From NCBI GenBank assembly GCA_964515595.1, contig CAZEUN010000001.1, positions 246,282-310,281 on the forward strand: 64,000 nucleotides of DNA, in the 5' to 3' direction. This DNA comes from an uncultured Oleiharenicola sp. Lineage in GTDB: Bacteria; Verrucomicrobiota; Verrucomicrobiia; Opitutales; Opitutaceae. Positions 18,103-27,914 of the stretch are shown piece after piece. The first letter of the stretch is position 1. The number at the start of each line of letters is the position of its first letter. A program made the position numbers and the translations under genes. Below the pieces are notes generated by a model. It was given only the letters and a program-made list of their open reading frames with translations, searched no databases and had not been told where the DNA came from.

Positions 18103-21100
18103 TTAGAAGTCGAACGTGTTGCGAATCGACCAGCTCTGGGAGGCGCGAATGCGCCAGGCATTCACGGATCCGTCCGGCTGCGCGCTCACCGGGATCAGCT
18201 CATCGCCGACGCCGATGTTCGCGACGTTCAACTGGACGCCCCAGGTGAAGTGCTTGAGCTTGCGGCGGTAGCCGACATGGGCGTCGAAGTTGGTGATGCT
18301 CGGCGCATAGTAGGGATGCTTGATGTCGGGAACGATCCCGAACACCGGGTCGTCGATGACGGGGAAGCCGTAAGCGAGCCTGCCCTCCCAGCGCACGCCA
18401 CCGCCGATGCTGAAGCCCTTGAGACGGCCTTGGGTGAAGGTATAATTCGTGAGTGCATTCCAGCGCCACTCGCGGAGCTCATTCGCCGGGGCGTTCTCGT
18501 TCGCGAGGTAAGGCAGGAGCTGGCGGTAGTTGGTCTTCCAGGTGTCCGCCAGGGTCGTGCTGCCGGTTTCCGCCACGAACAGCGCGCCAGCCGGGCCATC
18601 GACCACCGGTTTCAGGTCTTCGAAGACGTGACGCAGGTTAAGCGCGACATTGCTGCGGAAGGCGCGGGCGTGGTTGCCATTGATGGCGAAGCGCCAGTTC
18701 CGCGTCGGGTTGAAGACTGCCTCGAATTCCTCGCCGGTGGAAACGACGTCCGCCGTCTCAAACACCTCGCTGTTGCGGCTGTCGCTCGTCAGCGTGGCGA
18801 CGATCTCACCGGTGACCGGATTCACCGTTGTGTTCTCCGTGAAGCGGAAGGTTTCGCGGAGTTGGGAACCGATCGGGCCGTCATACCAGGCGTTCCACGC
18901 GGCGACGCCGGTGGGGTTGGCGTTGTTCCGGCCCTCGAGATTCTCGGTGCGCACGTTTCTCATCATCGTAAGCAACTGGCCTTTCGGGGTGCTCAGGCCC
19001 GAGACCAGGGTCGAGGAGAGGCCCGACGTGGTCTTGTAGTGGCCGAAGCGCAGGACAAACTTGCCTTCGAAGGTGCTGAGCCGGACGCCGTATTCCTTGG
19101 TGTGGCCCGTCTCGGCGTCCATCAACTGGTCCCAAATGTCGTAGCGCTGGCCCGCGGGCCTGAAGTTGTCCGCCTCGTTGTAGGAAACGCTGAGTTCGGT
19201 GCCCCACGGCAGGTGCTTCTTGATGAAGTTCGGCGAATGCAGGACCAAGCCGTAGTTGAAGCTCGTCTGCGACTGATCCATCACCGGCAGCGGCTGAAAA
19301 TTATCGCCGACGATTGCCTTGCCGGTGTCGGGATCGATGGGCGCGGTGCCCGCATTGTAGGTCCGGACGTCGTCCTTGCGCCAACCGAGGGTGCTGACGA
19401 GGTTGCGGTCCAGCCAGAAGCTCTGCACGACGCCGACCAGGGAATCGACCTTCTCGCGGGTGTAGGTCACGTATCGGCGGGTACCGTCGATGTCGTGGTC
19501 GCCGTTGGTCTCGATGCCGAACGTGCGCTCCGACCAGGTGCCGGGCGTGGTCGAGCCGGCGGCGGGCGCGTTGTAGAAGAGGATCTTCGCGGAATCCATG
19601 TTGCTCGGCCACTGGTTGGTCGGAACCGAGACCGCGCCGGTGACGGGCGTGGCCGACGAGGCGACGCTGGGCCCGAGGTAGCGAATGATCGGCAGGCCGC
19701 GACGGCCGGAGCCGTTGTTGTCGACGATGCCCCACTGCGCCAGCGCGAAGTCCGCGCCCGGCACCGCGGCGAAGTTGCCGTCGGAAATGAACGCGGTGTT
19801 CTCCAATTTGGTATACGTGCCGGTGAAACGGTGCTCGCCCAGCAGGCGCCCGAGCCACGGACGGCTGCCGACCTTCCGCAGGTCGAGGTTGTAATAGGCG
19901 GTGGCGCGAGCGGTGTCGCGATCGGCGTTGCGCAGGTTGGCCTTGCTGTAAGCGACCGTGAATGGACGGCCGAAGTTCGGATTCGCCAGGCCGTTCGGCA
20001 GCTTTGTCTCCATATCCACGCGCAGGGTGTAGCCGCTGATGATGCTATCGAGGCCCATGGTGTTGCCGTTGTCCACGCTCTCGCGATTGGCGGCGAGTTC
20101 GAAGCCCGCCTTGCCGTCGAGCAGGCGCTGCTCGAGTGTGACGTTGTAAGTGTGGAAGCGGGCCCACTCGAATTTGTTCGGGCCATGCAACATGTGGTGG
20201 TAGAAGTCGAAGATCGCGGGGTCCGTGATCTGCGTGCTCTTCCAGAAGCCAGCCGTGATGTCATTCGCGTGCAGCAGGTTGTTCAGGATGTACGCGGAAT
20301 CGCGCAGGCCGCGCATTTCCGTCTGCACCTGCGTGCTCACGCCCGTGATGTTGTGGCCGGGGTAGTTGCCCGCGCGCAAACCCATCACGTCGGACCCGGG
20401 AATGCCCAGGTTCGGCGTGGTGCTGTTCGGATCGTTGTAGACGAGGACCATCTGGCGGCTGCCACCACCGATCGCCCCGATCTGCGCGCTGAAGATGCGC
20501 CCGGTGTTCCCGGGAGTGCCAAGCGAGGTCGGGGTGCCGTTCGCATTGAAGGCCGTGACCGGATACCCTAGCGCGGTGTTGCCCGCGCCGAGCATGCTGC
20601 CGGTGTTCGTGTTGGGATCCCAGACCGGGCGCCCGGCATCCCACCAGAAGGTATAGGCGTCGCCGGGCGGGCGGGATTCGGGCGCGTTCCCGGTCGTTTC
20701 GCCCCGTTCCGCGGAGGCGCGGATCGTGGTGTTGGTGTAGGGCCGCCAGGTGCCGGTGAGGAACAGGCGCTTGTTGCGGCGCCAGGCTTCCTCGATCTTG
20801 TAATGGCCGTCCTCGTAAACCGAGGCCACGCGCAGGGCCAGCTTGTTCTTCACCAGGACCTCATTGTGGTCGATGGTGCCGCGGAAGGAGCCAAACTGGT
20901 CGGTCCGCATCGTGATCTCCGTCGCGCGGCGGTTGGTCCGGGCGACGGCAAGGGAGTAGTTGATGATGCCCGAGGGACTGCCCAGGCCGAACAGCATGGC
21001 GTTCGGTCCGCGGCTGATTTCGACGCGGTCGGTGGCGTAATTGTCGAAGGGGATGCCGGTGATAAAGAAATCGCGGGCGACGTCGGCCGAGGTGAGGCCG

Positions 21101-21573
21101 CGCACGCGGGTGCTCGGGGATGCGCTCGCGAATGCACCGTCGTAGTCGGCCTCGTTGCCGTTCGGGTTCGCCACCGTCCCCGCGTCGGAGAAGTTGCCGC
21201 CGGCGCCGTTGACCTCGGTGCCGAGCGTGTAGACGAGCAGGCCGTTGAGATCGGTCGCCCCGATGTCGTTCATGAAATCCTTCGTCACGACGGAAATCGA
21301 CGAGGCGATGTCCCGGAGATCCGTCCGCAGCCGCGTGCCGGACTGCGCGGTCGAGGCGAGATAACCGCTATCCGCGTCGGCGTTCACTTCGAACGGCGAC
21401 AGGACCAGGGTCTCATTGGCGCGGGCAATGGTTTTCTTTTCTTTGCCGTCGGATGCCGCCGGCGCTTGCTGGGCGCTCAGCGCGCCCGTCAGCAGAGTGG
21501 CGAGCAACAGGGAAACGGCGCGGGTCCTCGTGGTCCGCGACCGTCCGGTGGGGTACAGGTCAGGTTGGTTCAT
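18103..21573 (-). CDS. TonB-dependent outer-membrane receptor
   Basis: ETLVLSPFEV, GYLA..AQSGTR, plug motifs (RVRGL, DRVEISRGPNAMLFGLGSPSG.IN), terminal aromatic residue (TFDF). Start at MNQPDLY (21573). Confidence 0.93.
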   Translation of the reverse strand: MNQPDLYPTGRSRTTRTRAVSLLLATLLTGALSAQQAPAASDGKEKKTIARANETLVLSPFEVNADADSGYLASTAQSGTRLRTDLRDIASSISVVTKDFMNDIGATDLNGLLVYTLGTEVNGAGGNFSDAGTVANPNGNEADYDGAFASASPSTRVRGLTSADVARDFFITGIPFDNYATDRVEISRGPNAMLFGLGSPSGIINYSLAVARTNRRATEITMRTDQFGSFRGTIDHNEVLVKNKLALRVASVYEDGHYKIEEAWRRNKRLFLTGTWRPYTNTTIRASAERGETTGNAPESRPPGDAYTFWWDAGRPVWDPNTNTGSMLGAGNTALGYPVTAFNANGTPTSLGTPGNTGRIFSAQIGAIGGGSRQMVLVYNDPNSTTPNLGIPGSDVMGLRAGNYPGHNITGVSTQVQTEMRGLRDSAYILNNLLHANDITAGFWKSTQITDPAIFDFYHHMLHGPNKFEWARFHTYNVTLEQRLLDGKAGFELAANRESVDNGNTMGLDSIISGYTLRVDMETKLPNGLANPNFGRPFTVAYSKANLRNADRDTARATAYYNLDLRKVGSRPWLGRLLGEHRFTGTYTKLENTAFISDGNFAAVPGADFALAQWGIVDNNGSGRRGLPIIRYLGPSVASSATPVTGAVSVPTNQWPSNMDSAKILFYNAPAAGSTTPGTWSERTFGIETNGDHDIDGTRRYVTYTREKVDSLVGVVQSFWLDRNLVSTLGWRKDDVRTYNAGTAPIDPDTGKAIVGDNFQPLPVMDQSQTSFNYGLVLHSPNFIKKHLPWGTELSVSYNEADNFRPAGQRYDIWDQLMDAETGHTKEYGVRLSTFEGKFVLRFGHYKTTSGLSSTLVSGLSTPKGQLLTMMRNVRTENLEGRNNANPTGVAAWNAWYDGPIGSQLRETFRFTENTTVNPVTGEIVATLTSDSRNSEVFETADVVSTGEEFEAVFNPTRNWRFAINGNHARAFRSNVALNLRHVFEDLKPVVDGPAGALFVAETGSTTLADTWKTNYRQLLPYLANENAPANELREWRWNALTNYTFTQGRLKGFSIGGGVRWEGRLAYGFPVIDDPVFGIVPDIKHPYYAPSITNFDAHVGYRRKLKHFTWGVQLNVANIGVGDELIPVSAQPDGSVNAWRIRASQSWSIRNTFDF

Positions 21574-21679
21574 AAGGCGTGGGTAACAGGCTTCGGGGAG
21601 GAAGGGGTGGGCCGATTCAAAGGAAATCCGACCCACACTGCGCACCGTAGCCGCTGGGCGGGCGTCAACCCAGCAACAC

Positions 21680-21700
21680 ACGGTTAACACATGTGACCAA
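21680..21700. promoter_or_regulatory. Candidate operator ACGGTTAACACATGTGACCAA upstream of the TonB-dependent receptor
   Basis: Identical to 5412-5432; additionally flanked by CACAC/GTGTG. Confidence 0.7.
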
Positions 21701-21712
21701 GGTGTGAATTTT

Positions 21713-23968
21713 TCAACGCGCCACTGCGGACGCATCCGCGAAGCCCACCGTCCAGCCGCCCTGCGCCGTGCGATGGAACTCCGCCGAGACCGGTTGCGGG
21801 AAGGTCAGTTCCACGCCGGGCAGCGCAACATGGCGGGCGCCGACCAGGAGCAACTCCTCCACCCCGACGGCGCCCGTGCGCGCGACCACGAGCCGCGCGC
21901 TGGCCGCGAGCGCCCCGCTCCGCCATTCGCGCGCGGCGCCCGCCGGCGCGAGCCAGAGGTCGTCCCGCCACCCGCGGCCGGAAACCGTGACGGCGCGCGC
22001 ACCCTCCGCGGGTTTTTCCTCGACCCGCTCCACTTGTTGCGCGCCGTCCGCCGTGCGCGGCAGCAGGGCGACGGTGAAATGCACCTGCGCGCCTTCGCTC
22101 GCAAGCGCGTGGGTTTCGAGTCGCGCTGGATCCACATCTACGCGCGGCTTCGTCGGCGCCCGGCGGGAAAACTGCGCGCCCGCCGGTGACACCGCGCGCA
22201 ATTCGAGCCCGCCCGCGCGGCCTTGTACGACGAGGCCCGCCCCGGCTCCGGCGGCGCCCGGTGCCGTCTGCGCGAGCCACTCGACCTTCACCGGCGAGTC
22301 GGCGGCCACCTCATCGAACACCAGCGCGTACCCGCCGCGCCGGTGGAGCACGTCACGGCGCACCTGGCGCGTATCCGCATAAACACGCGAGAGGTCGATG
22401 CCGGTCCAGCACCACCCCGGCGTGGCGGCGAACTCGTCAATCGTGCTGCGGGCCTCGGCATCCCAGCGCTGGTTTTTCCCGTTCACCAGCAGCGTGGTCT
22501 CCGCCTCGGTGGCGTTGGCGAAATATTCCCAGCGTGGCCCGCCCTCGCGGTCCCAGTAATCCTTTTCGCCCGAGCCCTTGCCGTAGCCAGGTGTGGTGAG
22601 CAGCCACTCGCCGCCGGCATTCCACGCGATCGCGCCGGCATCGAGGTGGCTGTGATAGCGGTTCGTGTAGCCGGACTTGATCGCGAGGAGATAGTCGTCG
22701 CGGCCCCAGCCGCTCCGCGTGCTCACGAGATCGATGCTCGCGGAAAACCGGTCGGGCGCGGCGGGCGCAACCTCGGCCACGCCCGGATCGAACCACAGCG
22801 CGGTCCAGCCGAGCATGTCCCAGCCGCTGTGCGTCGCATAGCGCGGCGAAAACGTCAGCCGCGTGGCGAGGTAGTTGCCCTCGCCGCGTCCATACTCCGA
22901 GGCGAGCCGGTAAAGGATGTGGTGCGGCCCGTAATAATCGCGGTCCGGCGCGTCGCCCCACGGGAGCACGCCCGCGAAGCCCGGCGTCGCGGCCGACGCG
23001 CGGTAGTCGATGTAGTTCCGCAGGTGCGGCTGCTGGTAATAGGCCGCGGAGCCGAGCACGTTGCGCGTGCCCTCGATGAACTCCATGATCGCGGTCAGGC
23101 TGTAGCTGCCGTACGGCACGCCTTCCGCGGAGCCGCCGTCGCTGGGGAAAAAATGAAACGCGTTGTCGAAGCTCAGCAGCGCGGCCGCGGCCCACTCCTC
23201 CGCCGCGGGGATTTCGCCGAGGAAGGCGACGGCGCACAGCCCGACGGCCGACGCGGCGACGTGATTGTGGTTCGAGTAGAACGGCCCGTCGCTGTAGAGC
23301 CCGCGGTGCAACACGGCCACGCGTTCCGCGATGACCTGGCGGATCCGCGCCTTTTCCTCCGCGCTCCACAAACCCGCGTGCAGGTCGTAGGCGATCGCAA
23401 TCCCGCGCGAAACGTGCGCCGCGGCCAGGTCGTTGTTGGCGATCATGCGCCAGTTGATGCCCCATTGCGGATACGCGCACGCGGTCAGCACCGTTTCGTG
23501 CAGCTTCGCCGCCACCGCCGGGTCGTCATGCAGCAGGAGCGCGATGCTGAGCAGCACGATGTTGTTGCCGACCTCGCGCTGCCAGAGTTCGCCCCGCGCC
23601 TCGTAGAGCGTGCGCGTCGGCGTCACCATCGCCTCCGGCGGGCGGTAGGCCGCGACGGGGGCCGCGAGAATCTCCCGCACGCCGGCGTCCATCGCATCAA
23701 ACCACCGGCGCGCCTCGCCGGTGGCGTTCGCATAGCGGGCGCGCAACCCCGGGAGCTGGTCCCGGCGATAAAAAAGCCGCGGACGCTCCGCCGGCAGCCG
23801 CTCGCGCCACTGCGGGCCCTCCGCGGCCGCGCGGGCGCGGGCGGGTTCCTCCCGCACCAGGTCGCCGACTTTCCACGGCGCGGCGGCCGCGAGACCGGTC
23901 GAGGCCACGCCCGCGAGGAGCGCACAGCCGAGGAACAGGCGGGGGACACGGGGCGAAGGCATGGTCAT
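21713..23968 (-). CDS. Heparinase II/III-like polysaccharide lyase (DUF4962-type alpha/alpha toroid plus Hepar_II_III beta domain)
   Basis: Signal peptide; NNDL..AH; SNHNH; DGGSAEGVPYGSY; PWGD; HSHLDAG; NATEAETTLLVNG. Confidence 0.82.
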   Translation of the reverse strand: MTMPSPRVPRLFLGCALLAGVASTGLAAAAPWKVGDLVREEPARARAAAEGPQWRERLPAERPRLFYRRDQLPGLRARYANATGEARRWFDAMDAGVREILAAPVAAYRPPEAMVTPTRTLYEARGELWQREVGNNIVLLSIALLLHDDPAVAAKLHETVLTACAYPQWGINWRMIANNDLAAAHVSRGIAIAYDLHAGLWSAEEKARIRQVIAERVAVLHRGLYSDGPFYSNHNHVAASAVGLCAVAFLGEIPAAEEWAAAALLSFDNAFHFFPSDGGSAEGVPYGSYSLTAIMEFIEGTRNVLGSAAYYQQPHLRNYIDYRASAATPGFAGVLPWGDAPDRDYYGPHHILYRLASEYGRGEGNYLATRLTFSPRYATHSGWDMLGWTALWFDPGVAEVAPAAPDRFSASIDLVSTRSGWGRDDYLLAIKSGYTNRYHSHLDAGAIAWNAGGEWLLTTPGYGKGSGEKDYWDREGGPRWEYFANATEAETTLLVNGKNQRWDAEARSTIDEFAATPGWCWTGIDLSRVYADTRQVRRDVLHRRGGYALVFDEVAADSPVKVEWLAQTAPGAAGAGAGLVVQGRAGGLELRAVSPAGAQFSRRAPTKPRVDVDPARLETHALASEGAQVHFTVALLPRTADGAQQVERVEEKPAEGARAVTVSGRGWRDDLWLAPAGAAREWRSGALAASARLVVARTGAVGVEELLLVGARHVALPGVELTFPQPVSAEFHRTAQGGWTVGFADASAVAR

Positions 23969-24105
23969 AGGGATATTGGATTACCCCACGAAAGCCAACG
24001 GGCGGGGGCCCGGTCGGCCGGTTCCTTCGTGGGCGGCGTTGGGATTGCCGCAGCGCCGGCAGCCGGGAAAACGAAGGACCGACCCGGTTCACGCAATGCC
24101 CCCGG

Positions 24106-24123
24106 CGGTAACACATGCGAACC
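24106..24123. promoter_or_regulatory. Operator variant CGGTAACACATGCGAACC in the divergent lyase/LacI intergenic region
   Basis: Matches the KTMRCACATGTGA consensus with one core mismatch. Confidence 0.55.
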
Positions 24124-24190
24124 AAAACCCCGGGATAAACGCGACGAGGACTTGCCCGCGGCGTCGAAACCACCTCTAAATAAGATGCCC

Positions 24191-25219
24191 ATGAGCGAAA
24201 TCCGCGTTACCCAGCTGGAAATCGCCCGCGCCGCGCGCGTGCATCGCACGACCGTGTCGCTGGCCCTCGCCGACAACCCGCGCATCCCCGCCAAGACCAA
24301 GGCCCGCATCAAGCGCATCGCGGAGAAGCTGGGCTACGCGCCCGATCCGATGCTGTCCGCCTTGATCGCCTACCGCACCAAGAAGCGCCCGGTGGCGTTT
24401 CACGGCACGCTGGCCTGGCTGGCCAACACCGAGTTCGGCTACGACTGGAAGCTCGTGCCGCACTTTCGCGATTACTATGAGGGCGCGACCGCGCGCGCGC
24501 GCGCCTGCGGGTTCCAGCTCGAGGCCTTCGATTTCAACACGCCCGGCATGCAGCCGCGGCGCATGGCCGGCATCCTCCGCGCCCGCAACGTGACCGGGGT
24601 GTTGCTCTGCCCCCAGCCGCTCGAGCGGATCCAGGGCAAGTTCGCGTGGGAGGATTTTTCCGCGGTGACCTTCGGCTACACGCTCGCCGAACTCGGCGTG
24701 CACACTGTGACGGCCGCCCACTACCGGGCGATGCGCCGCATCATGACCGAGCTGCGCCGCCGCGGCTACCAGCGCATCGGTTTCTCGTTCGCCCAAAGCC
24801 TGGTGGAACGCGATGACTACAACGTCCTCGCCGGCTTCCTCGTCGGCGAGGGCCACCTCGACCGCGCGCCGGACATCCCGCCGCTCTTCGGTGCGTCGCG
24901 CGATGCCGAGGTGGTCGGCCCGTGGCTCAAGCGGTACAAGCCCGATGTCATTGTCAGCGGCAATCACCTGATCCTCGATCTGCTCAAGGAGCTGAAGATC
25001 CGCGTGCCCGAGGACCTCGGCGCGGCCTGCCCGCTGCTCCCGAGCGCGGACACGGCGCTGGCCGGCATCGTCGAGGATTCCAAGCGGATCGGCGCGATCG
25101 CCGTGGACCAGGTGATCTCCATGATCAATCGCGGCGAGCGCGGCATTCCGGAACACCCCTTGCGCATCCACGTCGAAGGCGGCTGGCTCCCCGGCAAATC
25201 GCTGCGCCCGGTGCCATAG
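24191..25219 (+). CDS. LacI-family transcriptional regulator
   Basis: HTH VTQLEIARAARVHRTTVSLAL...AEKLGYAPDP and a periplasmic-binding-like C-domain (GYQRIG, VPEDLG). Start ATG 24191 or 24185; the 998-aa ORF-track call is an upstream over-extension. Confidence 0.93.
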   Translation: MSEIRVTQLEIARAARVHRTTVSLALADNPRIPAKTKARIKRIAEKLGYAPDPMLSALIAYRTKKRPVAFHGTLAWLANTEFGYDWKLVPHFRDYYEGATARARACGFQLEAFDFNTPGMQPRRMAGILRARNVTGVLLCPQPLERIQGKFAWEDFSAVTFGYTLAELGVHTVTAAHYRAMRRIMTELRRRGYQRIGFSFAQSLVERDDYNVLAGFLVGEGHLDRAPDIPPLFGASRDAEVVGPWLKRYKPDVIVSGNHLILDLLKELKIRVPEDLGAACPLLPSADTALAGIVEDSKRIGAIAVDQVISMINRGERGIPEHPLRIHVEGGWLPGKSLRPVP

Positions 25220-25236
25220 AGCCACTGGCTGCTGCT

Positions 25237-25264
25237 CCCGGGGAGGAGCTGGTTTACAAGCGAT
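25237..25264. promoter_or_regulatory. Second conserved intergenic motif (CCC.GG.AGGAGCT.GTTTACAAGCGAT), copy 1
   Basis: 25/28 identical to 37598-37625. Confidence 0.5.
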
Positions 25265-25343
25265 CCGACGCATTGTCCGGCGGCGCGCGCCCTGCATCGC
25301 TTGCAAGCAAGCTTCGACCAGGGGAGCCGCCTTCCCGCGACAC

Positions 25344-25358
25344 GCTCACTTGTGCGAC
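25344..25358. promoter_or_regulatory. Operator variant (reverse complement GTCGCACAAGTGAGC) upstream of DUF2264 #1
   Basis: Nearly identical to the 26676-26690 site. Confidence 0.5.
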
Positions 25359-25424
25359 TCTGGGTTGAATGGCGTCGGGCTGGACGCCATCCGATCGTCC
25401 CCCAACTCCATTCCGCCAATTCCT

Positions 25425-26645
25425 GTGAACCCTGACCGAAAGCCGGGCTCCCCCGAAACTGTGTCCGCGATCAATGACCGCGGCGCCGAAGACCGTGTGA
25501 ATTGGTGCGGCGTCGCCGCGCGACTCGCCACCCCGGTCCTCGAGGCCCTCGCGCAGCGGAAACTGAAGGTGGAAATGCCGGTGGAGAAAAACGAGGGCAA
25601 GCCCGGCGATCCCGGTTATCCCGGCGATCCGGGCGGGCACTCGCATCTCGAAGCGGTGGCGCGGCTGCTGAGCGGACTCGCTCCCTGGCTCGAGCTGGGC
25701 GCCGCCCCATCGCCCGAAGGCCAGGAGCGCGCCCGGTTCGCGGCGCTGGCCCGCGAGGGCATCGATGCGGCCACCGATCCCGCCTCGCCCGATTTCCTCA
25801 ATTTTTCCCGCGGCCGGCAACCGCTGGTCGACTCCGCCTTTCTCGCGCTCGCGCTGCTGCGGGCGCCGCATGCCCTGTGGAAAAGCCTCCCGCCCCGCGT
25901 GCAGGCGAACGTGACCGCCGCCCTCGCCGCTTCCCGCGTCATTCCCCCGACCAACGGCAACTGGCGGCTGTTCACCACGCTCGTCGAGGTTTTCCTGCAC
26001 CGCGCGGGGGAACGCCGCGACGACGCGCGGTTGTTCCAGGGCCTCGAGAGCCATCGCCGTTGGTACCTGGGTGACGGCATGTATGGGGACGGCCCGGAGT
26101 TTCACTGGGACTACTACAATTCCTTCGTCATCCAGCCGATGCTGGTCGAGGCCCTCGATGCCGTGGGCGGCGAGGCCGCGGAATGGCGGATTTTTGGGGA
26201 GCAAGCGCGGGCCCGCCTGACCCGGTGGGCGGCGATCCAGGAGCGGCTCATCGCCCCGGACGGTTCCTTTCCGCTCATCGGACGCTCGATTGCGTATCGC
26301 TGCGGGGCGTTCCAAGGCCTCGCGCTCGCTGCGTTGCGTCACGAGCTGCCGGCGGAATTGCCGCCCCCGCAGGCGCGGACGGCCCTGACCGCGGTGATTC
26401 GCCGCACGCTGGAGGCGCCGGGCACGTGGGATGCGCAGGGCTGGCTGCGCATCGGCCTGGCCGGTCATCAACCGGGATTGGGCGAAAACTATATCTCGAC
26501 CGGGAGCCTCTATCTTTGCGCCACCGCGCTGCTGCCGCTGGGCCTGCCCGCGACCGATCCGTTCTGGACCGGGCCCGCGCTGGCCACCACCTGGCAGAAA
26601 GGCTGGTCCGGTGAAAATCTGCCCGCGGATCATCACCTGCCCTGA
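25425..26645 (+). CDS. DUF2264 family protein (GH154-related), no clear signal peptide
   Basis: DR..W...AARLA.PVL.AL, HLEAVARLLSGLAPWLE, QPLVDSAFLA, NWRLF, WYLGDG.YGDG, DYYNSFVIQPML, GRSIAYR, YISTGSLY. Start uncertain (GTG 25425). Confidence 0.85.
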   Translation: MNPDRKPGSPETVSAINDRGAEDRVNWCGVAARLATPVLEALAQRKLKVEMPVEKNEGKPGDPGYPGDPGGHSHLEAVARLLSGLAPWLELGAAPSPEGQERARFAALAREGIDAATDPASPDFLNFSRGRQPLVDSAFLALALLRAPHALWKSLPPRVQANVTAALAASRVIPPTNGNWRLFTTLVEVFLHRAGERRDDARLFQGLESHRRWYLGDGMYGDGPEFHWDYYNSFVIQPMLVEALDAVGGEAAEWRIFGEQARARLTRWAAIQERLIAPDGSFPLIGRSIAYRCGAFQGLALAALRHELPAELPPPQARTALTAVIRRTLEAPGTWDAQGWLRIGLAGHQPGLGENYISTGSLYLCATALLPLGLPATDPFWTGPALATTWQKGWSGENLPADHHLP

Positions 26646-26675
26646 GTTCGCCCGGGCCGCGGATCGGCCCGGCGC

Positions 26676-26690
26676 AATCACATGTGCGAC
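26676..26690. promoter_or_regulatory. Operator AATCACATGTGCGAC upstream of the dehydrogenase/transporter operon
   Basis: Perfect CACATGTG core; reverse complement GTCGCACATGTGATT. Confidence 0.65.
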
Positions 26691-26774
26691 TGTGCCTCGC
26701 GTGGCGGATTTCACCCCCAAGCCCAGCGTGAGCCCATTCCCCCGGCCATCCGATGCCCGGAAACCATTTGCTCC

Positions 26775-27830
26775 ATGTCTTTGTCGCGTCCCGTGCCGCC
26801 CTCTCTCGCCGCCCCTTCGCTACCCCTGCTCGTGATTGCGCTTTCCGCACGCGAGCAGCGCCGGTTTCTCGGCGACAGCCTCAAGGAAGCCGCGTGGCTG
26901 CCGGACCTGGCGCGCTCCGTTGCCCCGACGGACGACGAGCTGACGCCCGCCAACTGGCGCGAATTCCTCCGCCGGACCCGGCCTGAGATCCTGATGACCT
27001 GCTGGAGCACGCCGCCCCTGCCCGTCGACTGGCTGGAATCCCCGGAGTGCTCGCTGCGCTACGTCTGCCACCTCGCCGGCTCGGTGCGCAAGGTGGTGCC
27101 GCGTTCCTTCCTGGTGCGGGGCGGGCTCGTGACCAACTGGGGCTCGTTCGCCGGGCCGTTCGCCGCCGAACACGCGCTGCTGCTCGCCCTCGCCTCGCTC
27201 CGCAACCTCAACGCCTGGCGCCCGTTCATCGCGCAGCCGGTCGGCGAGCGCGAACCCGAGCACATCGGCACGCGCTCCCTCCACGGCCGGCGCGTCGGGC
27301 TCCACGGTTTTGGCAGCATCGCGCGGGCCATGCTGCCGCTCCTGCGTCCCTTCGGCGTGAGCGTGAGCGCGTACTCCGCCGGCGTGCCCGACGCGACGAT
27401 CCGCGCGGAGGGCGTGCAACCCTGCGCCACGCTCGAGGAACTTTTCCGCAGCAGCGAAATCCTGTTCGAATGCGAGGCGCTCACGGGAGCGACGACGGGC
27501 TCGGTCAACGCCGCCGTCCTGCGCGGCCTTCCCGACGGCGCCGTCTTCGTCAACATCGGCCGCGGCCGGGTGGTCGATGAAGCCGCGCTCGTCCGCGAGG
27601 CGACCTCCGGCCGGATCCGGGTCGCCGTGGATGTGCTGGCGGAAGACATGACCGCCCGCACCCCGTTGACCCGGGTGCCGTCGGCCATCCTCTCCCCGCA
27701 CATCGCGGGTCCCTCGCACGACCAATACGGGCGTTGCGGCGAGCTCGCGTTTCAGAACATTCACCACTTTCTTAAGGGCGAACCCCCGGTCGCGCAGGTG
27801 ACCCTCGAAATCTACGACCGGTCCACGTGA
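26775..27830 (+). CDS. D-isomer-specific 2-hydroxyacid dehydrogenase family protein
   Basis: GLHGFGSIA Rossmann motif, FVNIGRG..VDE..L, SPHIAG. Start MSLSRP (26775). Confidence 0.88.
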   Translation: MSLSRPVPPSLAAPSLPLLVIALSAREQRRFLGDSLKEAAWLPDLARSVAPTDDELTPANWREFLRRTRPEILMTCWSTPPLPVDWLESPECSLRYVCHLAGSVRKVVPRSFLVRGGLVTNWGSFAGPFAAEHALLLALASLRNLNAWRPFIAQPVGEREPEHIGTRSLHGRRVGLHGFGSIARAMLPLLRPFGVSVSAYSAGVPDATIRAEGVQPCATLEELFRSSEILFECEALTGATTGSVNAAVLRGLPDGAVFVNIGRGRVVDEAALVREATSGRIRVAVDVLAEDMTARTPLTRVPSAILSPHIAGPSHDQYGRCGELAFQNIHHFLKGEPPVAQVTLEIYDRST

Positions 27831-27914
27831 TCGCGTAAATCGCCCCCCGAGATTCCTCCATTTACTGCGAGGACCCGGGCTTTCCTCCCCTGTCTGTTAC
27901 CCTACCCCTGTCTG

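Noticed and set aside
22223-24184. N-terminal ~650 aa of the 998-aa ORF ending in the LacI domain
   Set aside because: It overlaps the heparinase-like gene on the opposite strand. The LacI HTH begins at 24185/24191, so this is not a real fusion.
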